Sequence record: NC_027364.1
Reading direction: 5' to 3' (one strand)
DNA: 64,000 nucleotides
Positions 16,907-26,248 of the stretch are shown piece by piece (position 1 is the first letter of the stretch; each line of letters begins with the position of its first letter). The translations under genes were made by a program, and so were the position numbers. A model generated the notes under the pieces. The model ran no database searches, had not been told where the DNA came from, and was given only the letters and a program-made list of their open reading frames with translations.

Positions 16907-17904
16907 TAACGACCTCGCATACGATGACAGAAATCGATAATTTGGTCTACCATGTCATCATTATCAGATTGTGATGTGTTTGCCATAACACTTTCATCAC
17001 CATAGATATCATCTTCTTTTTCAATATCAGAAATTGCATGTATCATTTCGCCCATACCAGGTGCATGATGTGACAATGGTGATGGTGTATCAGGATTACT
17101 ATCAGGCTCTAAACTGGAATTAGCCATAAGTTCACTGTTAATTTCTTGTGGAGATTTTTCTTCACGAATTGGATTATTTTGATTATCAATAGGATTAACA
17201 TCACTCAAAGGAAAAACGTTCAACTCATTTGGCTTGGTCCCACTTTTAGTAATAACTAATGATTGCTCCGGTGTTTGTCCTGGGTCAACACCAACTACAG
17301 GTTCAACCGAATCTGTCCCGCTTTGTGTACCAGGAACACTAACTTTCATATTATTAGCATTTCTTTGCAACTCAGCTTGTTTCATTTTAGCTTGAGTTTG
17401 TGGATTGACTTGTTGTTGACCCTGAGAAACATTCATTTTAGCAATTTGTTTTGCTTGCATTTGTGTGGCTTGATTTTGTAAATCTTCAAATACAATTGCT
17501 TTTAATTCTTGTGTGGTTAGTTTTGTTATATCTGAATATGTATAATTTTTATGATACTCTTCTGCTAATTGCTTTAGTGACATTGAATCAACAATACTAT
17601 GAAGTTCAGTACTTTCATTAATATGTTTGTTAACATTTTTAGTACTAAAATAATTATAACATTCACTCATCTGTGCTTTGTATTTTTGTAAAATTTGGAA
17701 TATTTCACGATTGTCAGAATTATCAATCGCAGAATTTAAAGTGATAAAATCACCTGCATCCATATTATCAAGAATAACAGAAACATCAACATTCAAATTA
17801 TGTGCATCTGCGAACTTTTGAAGTTCAGTTGCTGTTTGGTTTATATCCATAATTTCTCCATATAAAATAAAAAGACCTCTGTCTTGCTTTATGATATTTA
17901 TCAC
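16906..17904 (-). CDS. hypothetical Gln/Pro-rich protein
   Basis: 332-aa ORF with low-complexity C-terminal half. Confidence 0.6.
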   Translation of the reverse strand: MINIIKQDRGLFILYGEIMDINQTATELQKFADAHNLNVDVSVILDNMDAGDFITLNSAIDNSDNREIFQILQKYKAQMSECYNYFSTKNVNKHINESTELHSIVDSMSLKQLAEEYHKNYTYSDITKLTTQELKAIVFEDLQNQATQMQAKQIAKMNVSQGQQQVNPQTQAKMKQAELQRNANNMKVSVPGTQSGTDSVEPVVGVDPGQTPEQSLVITKSGTKPNELNVFPLSDVNPIDNQNNPIREEKSPQEINSELMANSSLEPDSNPDTPSPLSHHAPGMGEMIHAISDIEKEDDIYGDESVMANTSQSDNDDMVDQIIDFCHRMRGR

Positions 17905-17906
17905 AA

Positions 17907-18299
17907 TTAAGAAAAGGTCTGTTTGCTGATGCTAATGTTAATATCATCACCAGATGTGATAAATTTTGTTATTCGTTTTCCATTTAATTCGGTTGGTAGA
18001 ACCAATGGTATACCATTCAAACGAAGTTCGACATCCATTGGTAATGCGAATTTGAATGTGCTTATGGTACATTTTCCCCAAGAAATTGGCATGTTATAAA
18101 AAGATGAATTATTATCTTTATATAAATCGACTTCATTTTTAACAACGCTTACCATCATTGGATAGTCATATACCATAATAGCTTCCAACAACCTAGACAA
18201 GTTCATAGCACCAGTGAACTTAGAATCTATGATTGTTGGGGTTTTACCATCACCAATATCTACTACAGTGTGAATTGTGTAGAATGTATATGGTTTCAT
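17907..18299 (-). CDS. hypothetical protein
   Basis: 130-aa ORF coupled to neighbours. Confidence 0.6.
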   Translation of the reverse strand: MKPYTFYTIHTVVDIGDGKTPTIIDSKFTGAMNLSRLLEAIMVYDYPMMVSVVKNEVDLYKDNNSSFYNMPISWGKCTISTFKFALPMDVELRLNGIPLVLPTELNGKRITKFITSGDDINISISKQTFS

Positions 18300-18490
18300 T
18301 CTTTGTCCTTATCTTTTTTCTCTACGACTTTGTATCCAAAGAAGTTAGTAGGAGGCAATCTACGATGTAATGGATAATGTAAACCAGTACTGACTGATGC
18401 AATAGCACCTGCTGAAGTAGCTCCAGAAGATGCATTTTCTTTGATATTCTTTTTCTTCATATTAATTTCCTTTATTACGTTTTTCATCAA
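18296..18490 (-). CDS. hypothetical small protein
   Basis: IKENASSGATSAGAIASV resembles the processed N-terminus of the capsid protein (LTESATSGATTAGNIATL). Confidence 0.55.
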   Translation of the reverse strand: MMKNVIKEINMKKKNIKENASSGATSAGAIASVSTGLHYPLHRRLPPTNFFGYKVVEKKDKDKE

Positions 18491-18734
18491 GTGCTATATT
18501 CTCTAACCCTTTTTGAAACTTTTTATAATCTCGGTTTTTTATACTTAGAAATAAGCGTTTTTTTAAATCTTCAGCATCAGTTTGGTTAAACTCATCTTCA
18601 ATGCTCTCCAATAAATGAATCACAGAGTTTATTGCGTGGTCGGCACGATTACTAAAACTCTGTAATGTATCTTTCTCTGGCGTATAGTCAACTATACTAT
18701 CAAGTAGATTCTTTTTATTGGATTTACTAGACAT
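18462..18734 (-). CDS. hypothetical protein
   Basis: 90-aa ORF. Confidence 0.6.
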   Translation of the reverse strand: MSSKSNKKNLLDSIVDYTPEKDTLQSFSNRADHAINSVIHLLESIEDEFNQTDAEDLKKRLFLSIKNRDYKKFQKGLENIALDEKRNKGN

Positions 18735-18737
18735 TTA

Positions 18738-20258
18738 TCATTTCCTTTGATTTAACCATTGCTTCATTGCATGAACACGATCAGTACCAGCATGTGTCTG
18801 TGGATTCTGTATTTCGTTTTGTGTCGTAGAGTTAGGAGCACTATCAGTATTTAGTGTTACTGTATTGTCAGGTTGCACAGATGGTGATTTAGCTGCACCA
18901 GAAAGCGAATGACGTAATGTTTGCATAGTGCTGGGTGGTAACGCCATGTTCCCTCCACCAATCTTAGAAACACCGCTGTGACGGAATCCATTACCTTCGG
19001 TTTCCATTTGTTGTACTGTAGTTGCGTGGTCAAGAACTCTCAATGAATCAATATCATATGACATACGCAAACGGGAACCTACTGCACTACTGTTACGTGT
19101 TTTTTGGAAATCAAACCATAGTTCGCCAGTTTCTTTTCGTGCCTCAATATAAATTACGTTATCAGCAGTATAAATTTTTGAAATACCACCAGCAATCTGA
19201 CTTTGACTTTTCTTATCTTCGTCCATACCACTACGGTTAAACTGAGATGCAGTGAAAACAGTTAAATCCATTTTGGTTGCAAGTGCACGTAATTCTTCTG
19301 ATACAAACTTATCTTTAGTAAATGTATTGGATTTATCATTTGGTCCAAGACGATTAGAAGTTAATAGATCCAAATAGTCCACACATACATAATCAAGTTT
19401 GATTTCCATCTTAATTTGTAATTCACGTAGATAACTTTCAATATCGTCAGTGGTTGTTACAGATTCAGGTAAGCGTTTAATACGCAACATACCACTGTTT
19501 TTACCTTCAACTTTAACAGCAAATCCAATCTTTTCAGCTTCATTTTTTACGTTACTGAGTTTTGATTCAGTCATCATACCATAGATACGAACAGCAACCA
19601 ACTCTTCAGCTAGTTCAAGTGAAATGTATGCACCATTCATACCAGCTTTCGCAAAGTTAACTGCTAAATTTTGCAGTACTACTGATTTACCACCACCTGA
19701 TGCAGCAGCAAAGATCTCTAACTCTCTACGCCCAAATCCACCGAACAGTTTGTAATCAAGAGTTTCCCAACCACTCTTAAATGACCCTTGCATTGTACTG
19801 AGTGAGCGGATTGTATCTTCAGGGTTTTCAAAAATGTCCAAACCTAACTCATTCTGTACCGTTACCAACATTGCTTCTCGGATTAGTTCTTCGATTCCAC
19901 CATATTTTTTCTGATGGACAAGTTCCATTCCTTTTTCAACGGCTAACGCTAATGCTTTATGACGACAAAATTCACCACAGGTATCAAGTACTGATTGTTT
20001 ATGTAATTCTTGAACTTCATATTGATCGTATTGATAACCACCTTTAACTTCAATATCTTTCAAAGTAGGTGATGAACTATATTTTGCAGCATAATCATGC
20101 ACGTATTGAATACTTTCATGAAATGTTTTATCAAAATATTCTGGTTTAAGGATATTTTTACAACGTACATATAAATCAGGATTACTGAAAATCTGAGATA
20201 ATAAGTATTGTTGTGCATTAATCCCATATTGTTTCACATCCACTGTGCTTTGAATCAT
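18738..20258 (-). CDS. gp41: replicative DnaB-like helicase (T4 gp41-like)
   Basis: AAASGGGKS Walker A, YISLEL, CVDYLDLL, FTASQFNR, SKIYTAD, QKTR. Confidence 0.9.
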   Translation of the reverse strand: MIQSTVDVKQYGINAQQYLLSQIFSNPDLYVRCKNILKPEYFDKTFHESIQYVHDYAAKYSSSPTLKDIEVKGGYQYDQYEVQELHKQSVLDTCGEFCRHKALALAVEKGMELVHQKKYGGIEELIREAMLVTVQNELGLDIFENPEDTIRSLSTMQGSFKSGWETLDYKLFGGFGRRELEIFAAASGGGKSVVLQNLAVNFAKAGMNGAYISLELAEELVAVRIYGMMTESKLSNVKNEAEKIGFAVKVEGKNSGMLRIKRLPESVTTTDDIESYLRELQIKMEIKLDYVCVDYLDLLTSNRLGPNDKSNTFTKDKFVSEELRALATKMDLTVFTASQFNRSGMDEDKKSQSQIAGGISKIYTADNVIYIEARKETGELWFDFQKTRNSSAVGSRLRMSYDIDSLRVLDHATTVQQMETEGNGFRHSGVSKIGGGNMALPPSTMQTLRHSLSGAAKSPSVQPDNTVTLNTDSAPNSTTQNEIQNPQTHAGTDRVHAMKQWLNQRK

Positions 20259-20280
20259 CTATGTTCCCTCATTATATGTA

Positions 20281-21336
20281 TTACATCCATTTATCCGTTT
20301 GAGCTTTAATATAAAATGGCTCATCTACTATACTATCATGTATTAATTGTAAACAAAATAACCTACCAAATCGTGCACAAGCTTCTTCAAAGTCCTTGAT
20401 ATGACGTATTGTACTACCTTCTCTTACAGCACCAAAGTCTGGGAAGGAAACACTGAATCCATTTTCAAGTGCTTGGTCTATAGTTATTAATCCATCTTTA
20501 TCTCTATCTGGAACAATAACTATTTTTTTACCTTTTTGCTGTGCATCTTTTAATACATCAATCTGTACATTTGATAATTTAAAGTTATTAGCAGATACAC
20601 CACCCATTAATGCTGCGTCTAACGGACCCTCACATACTAAAATTGTTTTTATTCGTTCATCTTTTAATAAATCATAGTTATATAGTATATTAGTACTTAC
20701 TTGATTTATGAACCTGTATGTACTTCCAGGATCTTTTAATTTATGTCGTGCAGTATAACCAATAATTTTACCATTCATGAAATATGGAATAATAAATCTG
20801 TCATACATTTTATGTTCTTTATTAGGTGACCAATATAATTCTAAGTCTAACAGATATGGGTTTCTTTCATTGACATTATGCAAAACACTTATAAATTCTT
20901 GTGGAATTTTATCTTCAGGTAAAGAAGCCCATTCCCAAAATGTTTTTGCATTTGATGGCAAATCACGTACTGTTACTCGGTCATACAATTTTGATGCAAC
21001 AGTTTCTTGTGCAGCAAAATCACCGCTGTCAACCATTTCTTTAATATAAAACTTAACTAATTCTATTTCTTTATCTTGTGCACCAAAAGAAATGAGCAAA
21101 GACTCCATATCTTTGCTCATATATTTTCCTGGTTGCCAACCAGTTTTTAAACTACAGTTAAAGCAGTTATATGAAACGGAACCATCTGCATTGAACATAT
21201 GATTACCACGGTGCTTTGTATCCGGCCTTGAATGTCCTCTGAACACACAAGCTGGACAGTTGTGTTGTGACCATGTACCAATCGCAGGTACTGGATCATT
21301 CATAATTTGTGCCATTATGTTTTGTACAGCGTTCAT
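20281..21336 (-). CDS. gp61: DNA primase (gp61/DnaG-like)
   Basis: Zn-binding CPAC...NCFNC, IIGYTAR, VCEGPLDA, VPDRDKDG TOPRIM motifs, KDFEE. Confidence 0.9.
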   Translation of the reverse strand: MNAVQNIMAQIMNDPVPAIGTWSQHNCPACVFRGHSRPDTKHRGNHMFNADGSVSYNCFNCSLKTGWQPGKYMSKDMESLLISFGAQDKEIELVKFYIKEMVDSGDFAAQETVASKLYDRVTVRDLPSNAKTFWEWASLPEDKIPQEFISVLHNVNERNPYLLDLELYWSPNKEHKMYDRFIIPYFMNGKIIGYTARHKLKDPGSTYRFINQVSTNILYNYDLLKDERIKTILVCEGPLDAALMGGVSANNFKLSNVQIDVLKDAQQKGKKIVIVPDRDKDGLITIDQALENGFSVSFPDFGAVREGSTIRHIKDFEEACARFGRLFCLQLIHDSIVDEPFYIKAQTDKWM

Positions 21337-21365
21337 AAGTTAATCCTTGTCTTTTCTTACAAATG

Positions 21366-21394
21366 ATTATAGCACACCTTCTAGTTTTGTCTCA
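21366..21394 (-). promoter_or_regulatory. TGRGAC-class promoter upstream of primase/helicase
   Basis: TGAGAC aaaactagaaggtgtgc TATAAT. Confidence 0.85.
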
Positions 21395-22369
21395 TCTACG
21401 TATCAAAATTTTAGGTACTGTTAGGAAAGGGTCGTACACTTTTCGGACAGCAGCATAGTCATATGGTACTGGAACAATTTTGGGATGAATAGCAACCACC
21501 AAACGTAACCACATATAATTTCCTTTAAAATTAAATGCTTGTATTCCGTCAAGTTCTTTTGGAAAACCTTCTGAATCAATTCCATTTTCAATATAATCCT
21601 TTCCATCTAATTTAATAATAAACCATTTATAGTTTTCATTATCATTAGGTACGTTGTTACACAAGCACCCTTGTAGCTGTATTCTACCAATAAATTTATC
21701 AAAATAGATTGCAATACTACTTAATCCATCTACTAATCCAAACTGCATTTGTGCTGGTAGTGGAGTTGATGCGAGAATATCATATTCACCAATCATACCA
21801 TTTCCAATTGGTTCATGATATAAACGCTTTATAGTTGTCCATGCTGGATTTTTATTAACTGATATTTCAGTACTGGGGACAAATACAGGTGCTGCTTGGT
21901 CTGAAATTATTAGCTCTGCTGATGCCTCAAAGTTCATCCCTGTGTATAGATATTGTGTTGGTTCTATAAGTGAACCATCCATTGTTACTTTAGTAATGCT
22001 CCATCTATATTTTGAACCAGGACTGGTATCTTGAATAACTCCTGCTGGAACAATACATCCATAATATACTTTCTTTTTATTTCCTAATGTTTGTCTTGCT
22101 TGTCCACTTTCTGATAACCAACTGGGTTCTTGTTTTTCTAATACAACATCAAATAGTTTAGTATTATTTCGTGCATCAAAAATCATAAATGTAAGATATT
22201 CATTATCTTTCAATAAAGTATATTTTCCATCAGCGTTGTGAACAGTAAAAGATAAATTATTATTTGCCCCTCTATATATAGTTAGTTTTTCATTGCTATA
22301 TGGCATATTAAAATTGCCCAATGATACTTCCTGATTATAAGGGTACATAAACACGCCGTGATGAGCCAT
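21392..22369 (-). CDS. hypothetical late (probably virion) protein, start revised to MAHHG
   Basis: GGAAGGA RBS before ATG at 22369; late motif upstream. Confidence 0.6.
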   Translation of the reverse strand: MAHHGVFMYPYNQEVSLGNFNMPYSNEKLTIYRGANNNLSFTVHNADGKYTLLKDNEYLTFMIFDARNNTKLFDVVLEKQEPSWLSESGQARQTLGNKKKVYYGCIVPAGVIQDTSPGSKYRWSITKVTMDGSLIEPTQYLYTGMNFEASAELIISDQAAPVFVPSTEISVNKNPAWTTIKRLYHEPIGNGMIGEYDILASTPLPAQMQFGLVDGLSSIAIYFDKFIGRIQLQGCLCNNVPNDNENYKWFIIKLDGKDYIENGIDSEGFPKELDGIQAFNFKGNYMWLRLVVAIHPKIVPVPYDYAAVRKVYDPFLTVPKILIRR

Positions 22370-22380
22370 AGTTTTTCCTT

Positions 22381-22419
22381 CCATAAATAATAGGTATAAA
22401 TTTATACTAATATTTATGG
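22381..22419. promoter_or_regulatory. palindromic face-to-face late promoter pair
   Basis: CCATAAATA...TATTTATGG arms around a perfect 14-bp palindrome GTATAAATTTATAC, between divergent genes. Confidence 0.6.
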
Positions 22420-22426
22420 AACTAAT

Positions 22427-22780
22427 ATGAATCAATATAACACTATTCCACCATTTATTACTGTAATCCAGTATGATGGTAAAACGTTTGTAGGTATCAT
22501 CAAAATCAAAAGCAAACAGTATACAACTCTTTACTGTTTCGATGATATGGATGATTCAATGCAAGACGAATTGTTAGGTATAGCACACGATTGGTGGTGG
22601 CAAAGTAATAGAACCATTCCAGTTTGTCTATTCTTTCAAGAAGAGATGGAGAAATTTGAACCGTACACACAGAGATTCGATACACCGTCGGTGAATTTCG
22701 TATGTGGTCCAGTAGTTTCTTTAAGCAATTTGCCACAGAAACGCATCAAGCGTCGTAATGTGGCTCTTAAGAAGAAGTAA
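22427..22780 (+). CDS. hypothetical protein
   Basis: 117-aa ORF, WWWQSNRTIPVCLF; divergent from its neighbour. Confidence 0.65.
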   Translation: MNQYNTIPPFITVIQYDGKTFVGIIKIKSKQYTTLYCFDDMDDSMQDELLGIAHDWWWQSNRTIPVCLFFQEEMEKFEPYTQRFDTPSVNFVCGPVVSLSNLPQKRIKRRNVALKKK

Positions 22781-23405
22781 GATGTTCAACTAAAGCATTT
22801 AGTTGTACAACAATCATTAAGCTATATGCGTAAGCATGTGGCTTTTTGAAATATCGTAATTTATTTCCTGCTTGGTCAGTGCCTATAGTGCTATAATCCC
22901 ATATGGTGGCTTTAACTTCGTCCCATGTGTTCATACTTTGGCACTGCCTTTTTCCTGGGCGAATCATTGCAATAAACATTGCTAGTTCGTCTATAGATTT
23001 AGGCTTCCATACATTTAATAAAGTTACATGTTTTTTAATTTGCGATAGATGTTCTACAATTTCGGGTTCTAACAATAGATCCCAATTTGGTTCCTGATTC
23101 ATTAGTTCTTTTAAATGCTCTCTATCACGAACATACATGTAAGCTGACTGTGAAAGAATATCAACTTTTTGATACCCTAACCTTTCAGCTTCTTTATATT
23201 GTATACTTGCCAATCCAGTGATTGGATCAATAGGTATATTATCAAAATGAACACCACTATTATGGGGGATTAAACCATCCTCCGTAATTTTTTCAGTACT
23301 TCGCACACATGGAAGTTTAGCGATTACGCTTTTACTATCCTTGAAGTCAATGTCAATATCAGTTCGGGCTTTTCTATAATGTTTAGAATCGGTCGAATCC
23401 TGCAT
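22767..23405 (-). CDS. miniature DNA polymerase III alpha (DnaE)-like protein
   Basis: TDIDIDF, HNSGVHF, GYQKVDIL, LAMFIAMIRPGK, YFKKPHAYAY match DnaE motifs PDFDVDF, HAGGVVI, GLVKFDFL, IALVALFRPGP, FNKSHSAAY. Confidence 0.75.
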   Translation of the reverse strand: MQDSTDSKHYRKARTDIDIDFKDSKSVIAKLPCVRSTEKITEDGLIPHNSGVHFDNIPIDPITGLASIQYKEAERLGYQKVDILSQSAYMYVRDREHLKELMNQEPNWDLLLEPEIVEHLSQIKKHVTLLNVWKPKSIDELAMFIAMIRPGKRQCQSMNTWDEVKATIWDYSTIGTDQAGNKLRYFKKPHAYAYSLMIVVQLNALVEHLTSS

Positions 23406-23712
23406 TTTTTATTTGCTCCTGTAACTGTTTAACTGTATTAGTCAAAGTTGATATTTGATTCTCTAATAATCTACAATTTTGTTTTGTCTTTGCCAATTCT
23501 TGACTTAAACTGAAAAAGCGTTCTTCGTGTCTTTCTACCAAAGAAATAATTTTTTCAATACGAGCAGGATCATGAACTTGAAATGTTTTACCATCTAAAG
23601 TTATTTCAGTAATAGATCCTTGTCTAAGTAGAGATATTTGTTTTGATTTTTGTTCTTTAGGTACAGGTACATACCCTTCTGGTATTTTATTATATATACT
23701 TTTTCCATTCAT
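23383..23712 (-). CDS. hypothetical coiled-coil protein
   Basis: Heptad-rich C-terminus. Confidence 0.6.
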   Translation of the reverse strand: MNGKSIYNKIPEGYVPVPKEQKSKQISLLRQGSITEITLDGKTFQVHDPARIEKIISLVERHEERFFSLSQELAKTKQNCRLLENQISTLTNTVKQLQEQIKNAGFDRF

Positions 23713-24419
23713 AATCCTGCCTCACATAGCATAATCTTAATTTCATCACAATCCTTTTTGTATTTTATAGTTTTGATTTCAAAATAACTTGGATCGATGT
23801 ATTTAAGTATATATTCAATTTCTGAGTTTGATAGTTTTTTAAAAAACTTATTAGTACTTTTTTTAGGAGCAAGCCAGATAATCCAAGGTGAAATTTTACC
23901 ACTCTCAATCCATGCAATTGCACGGGCAGAACTTACATTTTCAAAGAAAGTATTCCATTGTACATTCAAATTTTCAGCCCATTCAACCAGTGAGATAACA
24001 CTTCTTGCAATTGCTTCTTTTGGGTGCTCGGCACGAATTGTTTTTAATATCCATTCATCTTTTGCTTTATATGTACTCCATTCCGTGATTGGTTTGTTAT
24101 TGATAATCAAGTACTTTACAAACTCGTCCACATTAATAATATCTCTATTATTCAAATAGTATTCGGCAAAACTATAAAAATCATTAAAGTACTTTGACTT
24201 TATAAAAGCAATAAAAGGCTCTACGCCTTTTTTAAATGGGAACTTATTCAATTCCATAAATTGCATATATATACGAAAAGCCTCCATCATCTGGCGGCTT
24301 TGGCGGTCTTCGTATCGGTCACGTTTTATACATTTATGTGTGTTTACAGTTTCTTCACGTTTAAATTCACGATCACAAAATCTACAGGTATATACTTGAT
24401 TACTTGATTTCTTTGCCAT
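23709..24419 (-). CDS. hypothetical protein with N-terminal zinc finger
   Basis: CRFCDREFKREETVNTHKC (C2HC-type). Confidence 0.6.
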   Translation of the reverse strand: MAKKSSNQVYTCRFCDREFKREETVNTHKCIKRDRYEDRQSRQMMEAFRIYMQFMELNKFPFKKGVEPFIAFIKSKYFNDFYSFAEYYLNNRDIINVDEFVKYLIINNKPITEWSTYKAKDEWILKTIRAEHPKEAIARSVISLVEWAENLNVQWNTFFENVSSARAIAWIESGKISPWIIWLAPKKSTNKFFKKLSNSEIEYILKYIDPSYFEIKTIKYKKDCDEIKIMLCEAGL

Positions 24420-25245
24420 ATTTTTTACATTCTTCTTTAAACAATTTCATCATAGATTTCTTTTCATTATCTTGAAAACCATTATTGTCAAGAAATGTCT
24501 CAAATGTTTTTTTATCATACTGCAATAGAACAATTTTGTACTCATCTTCATTCATTTGAGTAGATATAGTATCAGGTTGTGAGCTTTTAATTAACTCAAA
24601 TAATTCGTTATTTGCCTTTTTGAAATTCTTAGAAAAGTTTAACCAGTTACGTGGCATTTCTTGTCCACCAATCATATCATGGACTGAACACATAAGCTGA
24701 TATACTAATTCTGGATGTTCTTTCATATCCCAAAATCCATCATTAACCATATCATTTAGCATAATAAGTTGGTATTTGACAACTTCAGTATCTACTAATG
24801 AAACAATTTCGGAACCTGATACGCCAAATTCGACCATTGAGGATATTAATTTTTGTGCGTCATCTTTTGATTGGACTGCAAATTTAATACGCCAATCATA
24901 ATCACTATGACAGTACTTAGTTACTGATGAAACATTTGTCCCTGAAGACTTTAATTCAGTAACTAGTTCAGTCAGTGCTTCTTTACCACCAGATTTCCAT
25001 TTTCCAAATACACTTTCAACTTTACTACTAGGGTAGGTTACTTGTAACGAATCATCTAAAGAGCTTACCCATCGCAAAACAGTATATGGAGTAAACTCTT
25101 TTCGTTCTTTTTCGGTCATGTCATTATAGTACTTATAATCAGCACGGTCAATGTGTTTTAGAAATTCAGCAATAGAAAAAGAATGCTGTGTTGGTTTTTC
25201 ATCATCATCGACCGACTTATTTTTAATATCACTGAAATCAAACAC
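24400..25245 (-). CDS. putative clamp loader small subunit (gp62-like) with internal insertion
   Basis: FLKHID...EFTPYTVLRWVSS and LNDMVNDGFWDM...HPELVYQL resemble gp62-family motifs. Confidence 0.5.
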   Translation of the reverse strand: MFDFSDIKNKSVDDDEKPTQHSFSIAEFLKHIDRADYKYYNDMTEKERKEFTPYTVLRWVSSLDDSLQVTYPSSKVESVFGKWKSGGKEALTELVTELKSSGTNVSSVTKYCHSDYDWRIKFAVQSKDDAQKLISSMVEFGVSGSEIVSLVDTEVVKYQLIMLNDMVNDGFWDMKEHPELVYQLMCSVHDMIGGQEMPRNWLNFSKNFKKANNELFELIKSSQPDTISTQMNEDEYKIVLLQYDKKTFETFLDNNGFQDNEKKSMMKLFKEECKKYGKEIK

Positions 25246-25249
25246 TATT

Positions 25250-25747
25250 TTATACTCCTAGATACAAATCTTGAATTTTTTCGTTTTCATCTGCAAAGTA
25301 CACACATGGTGGATTTTCACCACTATGTAGTGGGACGCATAGTAAATTCTTTTTAGGTAACATTGGTATCTGCCACTTTGTAGTTAATGCAAATACACGT
25401 AGTACTTTGACTGGTTCAAACTTAGGATACATTGAACGGATAGGATTGTAAACAAAAGCTTTTGGTTCTTTCATGTTAAGAATGTTTTCAATTGTACACA
25501 TCTCAACCATACCAGTTTCTTCATCACCTAACATAATTTGCCATCCTAGAGGCACTTGAATAATCTTTTCACCAATTTGAAGATCAGCACTAATACTATT
25601 AAATGATACGGTGTTTAGAATATGTCTAAAATAAAAATCAGATTCACCATTTGGGCTTAGATCCAAAACACAATACATTTCTTCAGGGATATGTTCTGTT
25701 ACTAAATCCATGTCAAAAGAATTATTTTCAGGTGTTAATACGTTCAT
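25250..25747 (-). CDS. conserved hypothetical beta-rich protein, possibly a degenerate Hint fold
   Basis: Pattern of beta strands resembles Hint domains; no catalytic residues seen. Confidence 0.4.
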   Translation of the reverse strand: MNVLTPENNSFDMDLVTEHIPEEMYCVLDLSPNGESDFYFRHILNTVSFNSISADLQIGEKIIQVPLGWQIMLGDEETGMVEMCTIENILNMKEPKAFVYNPIRSMYPKFEPVKVLRVFALTTKWQIPMLPKKNLLCVPLHSGENPPCVYFADENEKIQDLYLGV

Positions 25748-25756
25748 GTCATCTCC

Positions 25757-26185
25757 TTAGTACTGCGAATCTTCTTCGTCATCATAATATTCTTCATCAT
25801 CTTGGTCTTCTATCCCATAAAATTCAAGTCCATAAGTTTCACACATCTCTTGAATTTTATCTACATCAGTATCCAGATATGAATCAAAATTACCACTTAG
25901 ACTTACTACATCAATAAAAGTTTTCGTGTCAGTACTTGCATAGATGATATCATATTTCAATGATTCTACTTTAGAATCAATTCGTGTCTGTAATTCATAG
26001 ATATTAATCCAAGAATCACTATCAATATTACATCTCCATACGTTGGTATCATCCGTTTCTAGCTCAGGTATATAGTCAAGAGAAGATACCATGTCATCCA
26101 TAATACCATCATCGTTCAACAATACATCCATAACTTCTAAAGTTTCTTGGTCACAAATAAAAGCAATACTAGATCTCAATTCCAT
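25757..26185 (-). CDS. hypothetical acidic protein
   Basis: 142-aa Asp/Glu-rich ORF. Confidence 0.6.
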   Translation of the reverse strand: MELRSSIAFICDQETLEVMDVLLNDDGIMDDMVSSLDYIPELETDDTNVWRCNIDSDSWINIYELQTRIDSKVESLKYDIIYASTDTKTFIDVVSLSGNFDSYLDTDVDKIQEMCETYGLEFYGIEDQDDEEYYDDEEDSQY

Positions 26186-26219
26186 TTTATTTTACATCCT
26201 TGTTGTTGTCATATGACAC

Positions 26220-26248
26220 ATTATATCACAAACAGCGGGTTTATCCCG
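26220..26248 (-). promoter_or_regulatory. variant TGRGAC-class promoter (CGGGAT-N17-TATAAT) overlapping a terminator-like hairpin at the end of uvsW
   Basis: CGGGAT aaacccgctgtttgtga TATAAT; CAGCGGG/CCCGCTG stem. Confidence 0.5.

Noticed and set aside
20271-20299. TATAAT upstream of the helicase gene
   Set aside because: The hexamer 17 nt upstream (AACGGA) fits neither TTGACA nor TGRGAC, so it was not counted in the promoter class.
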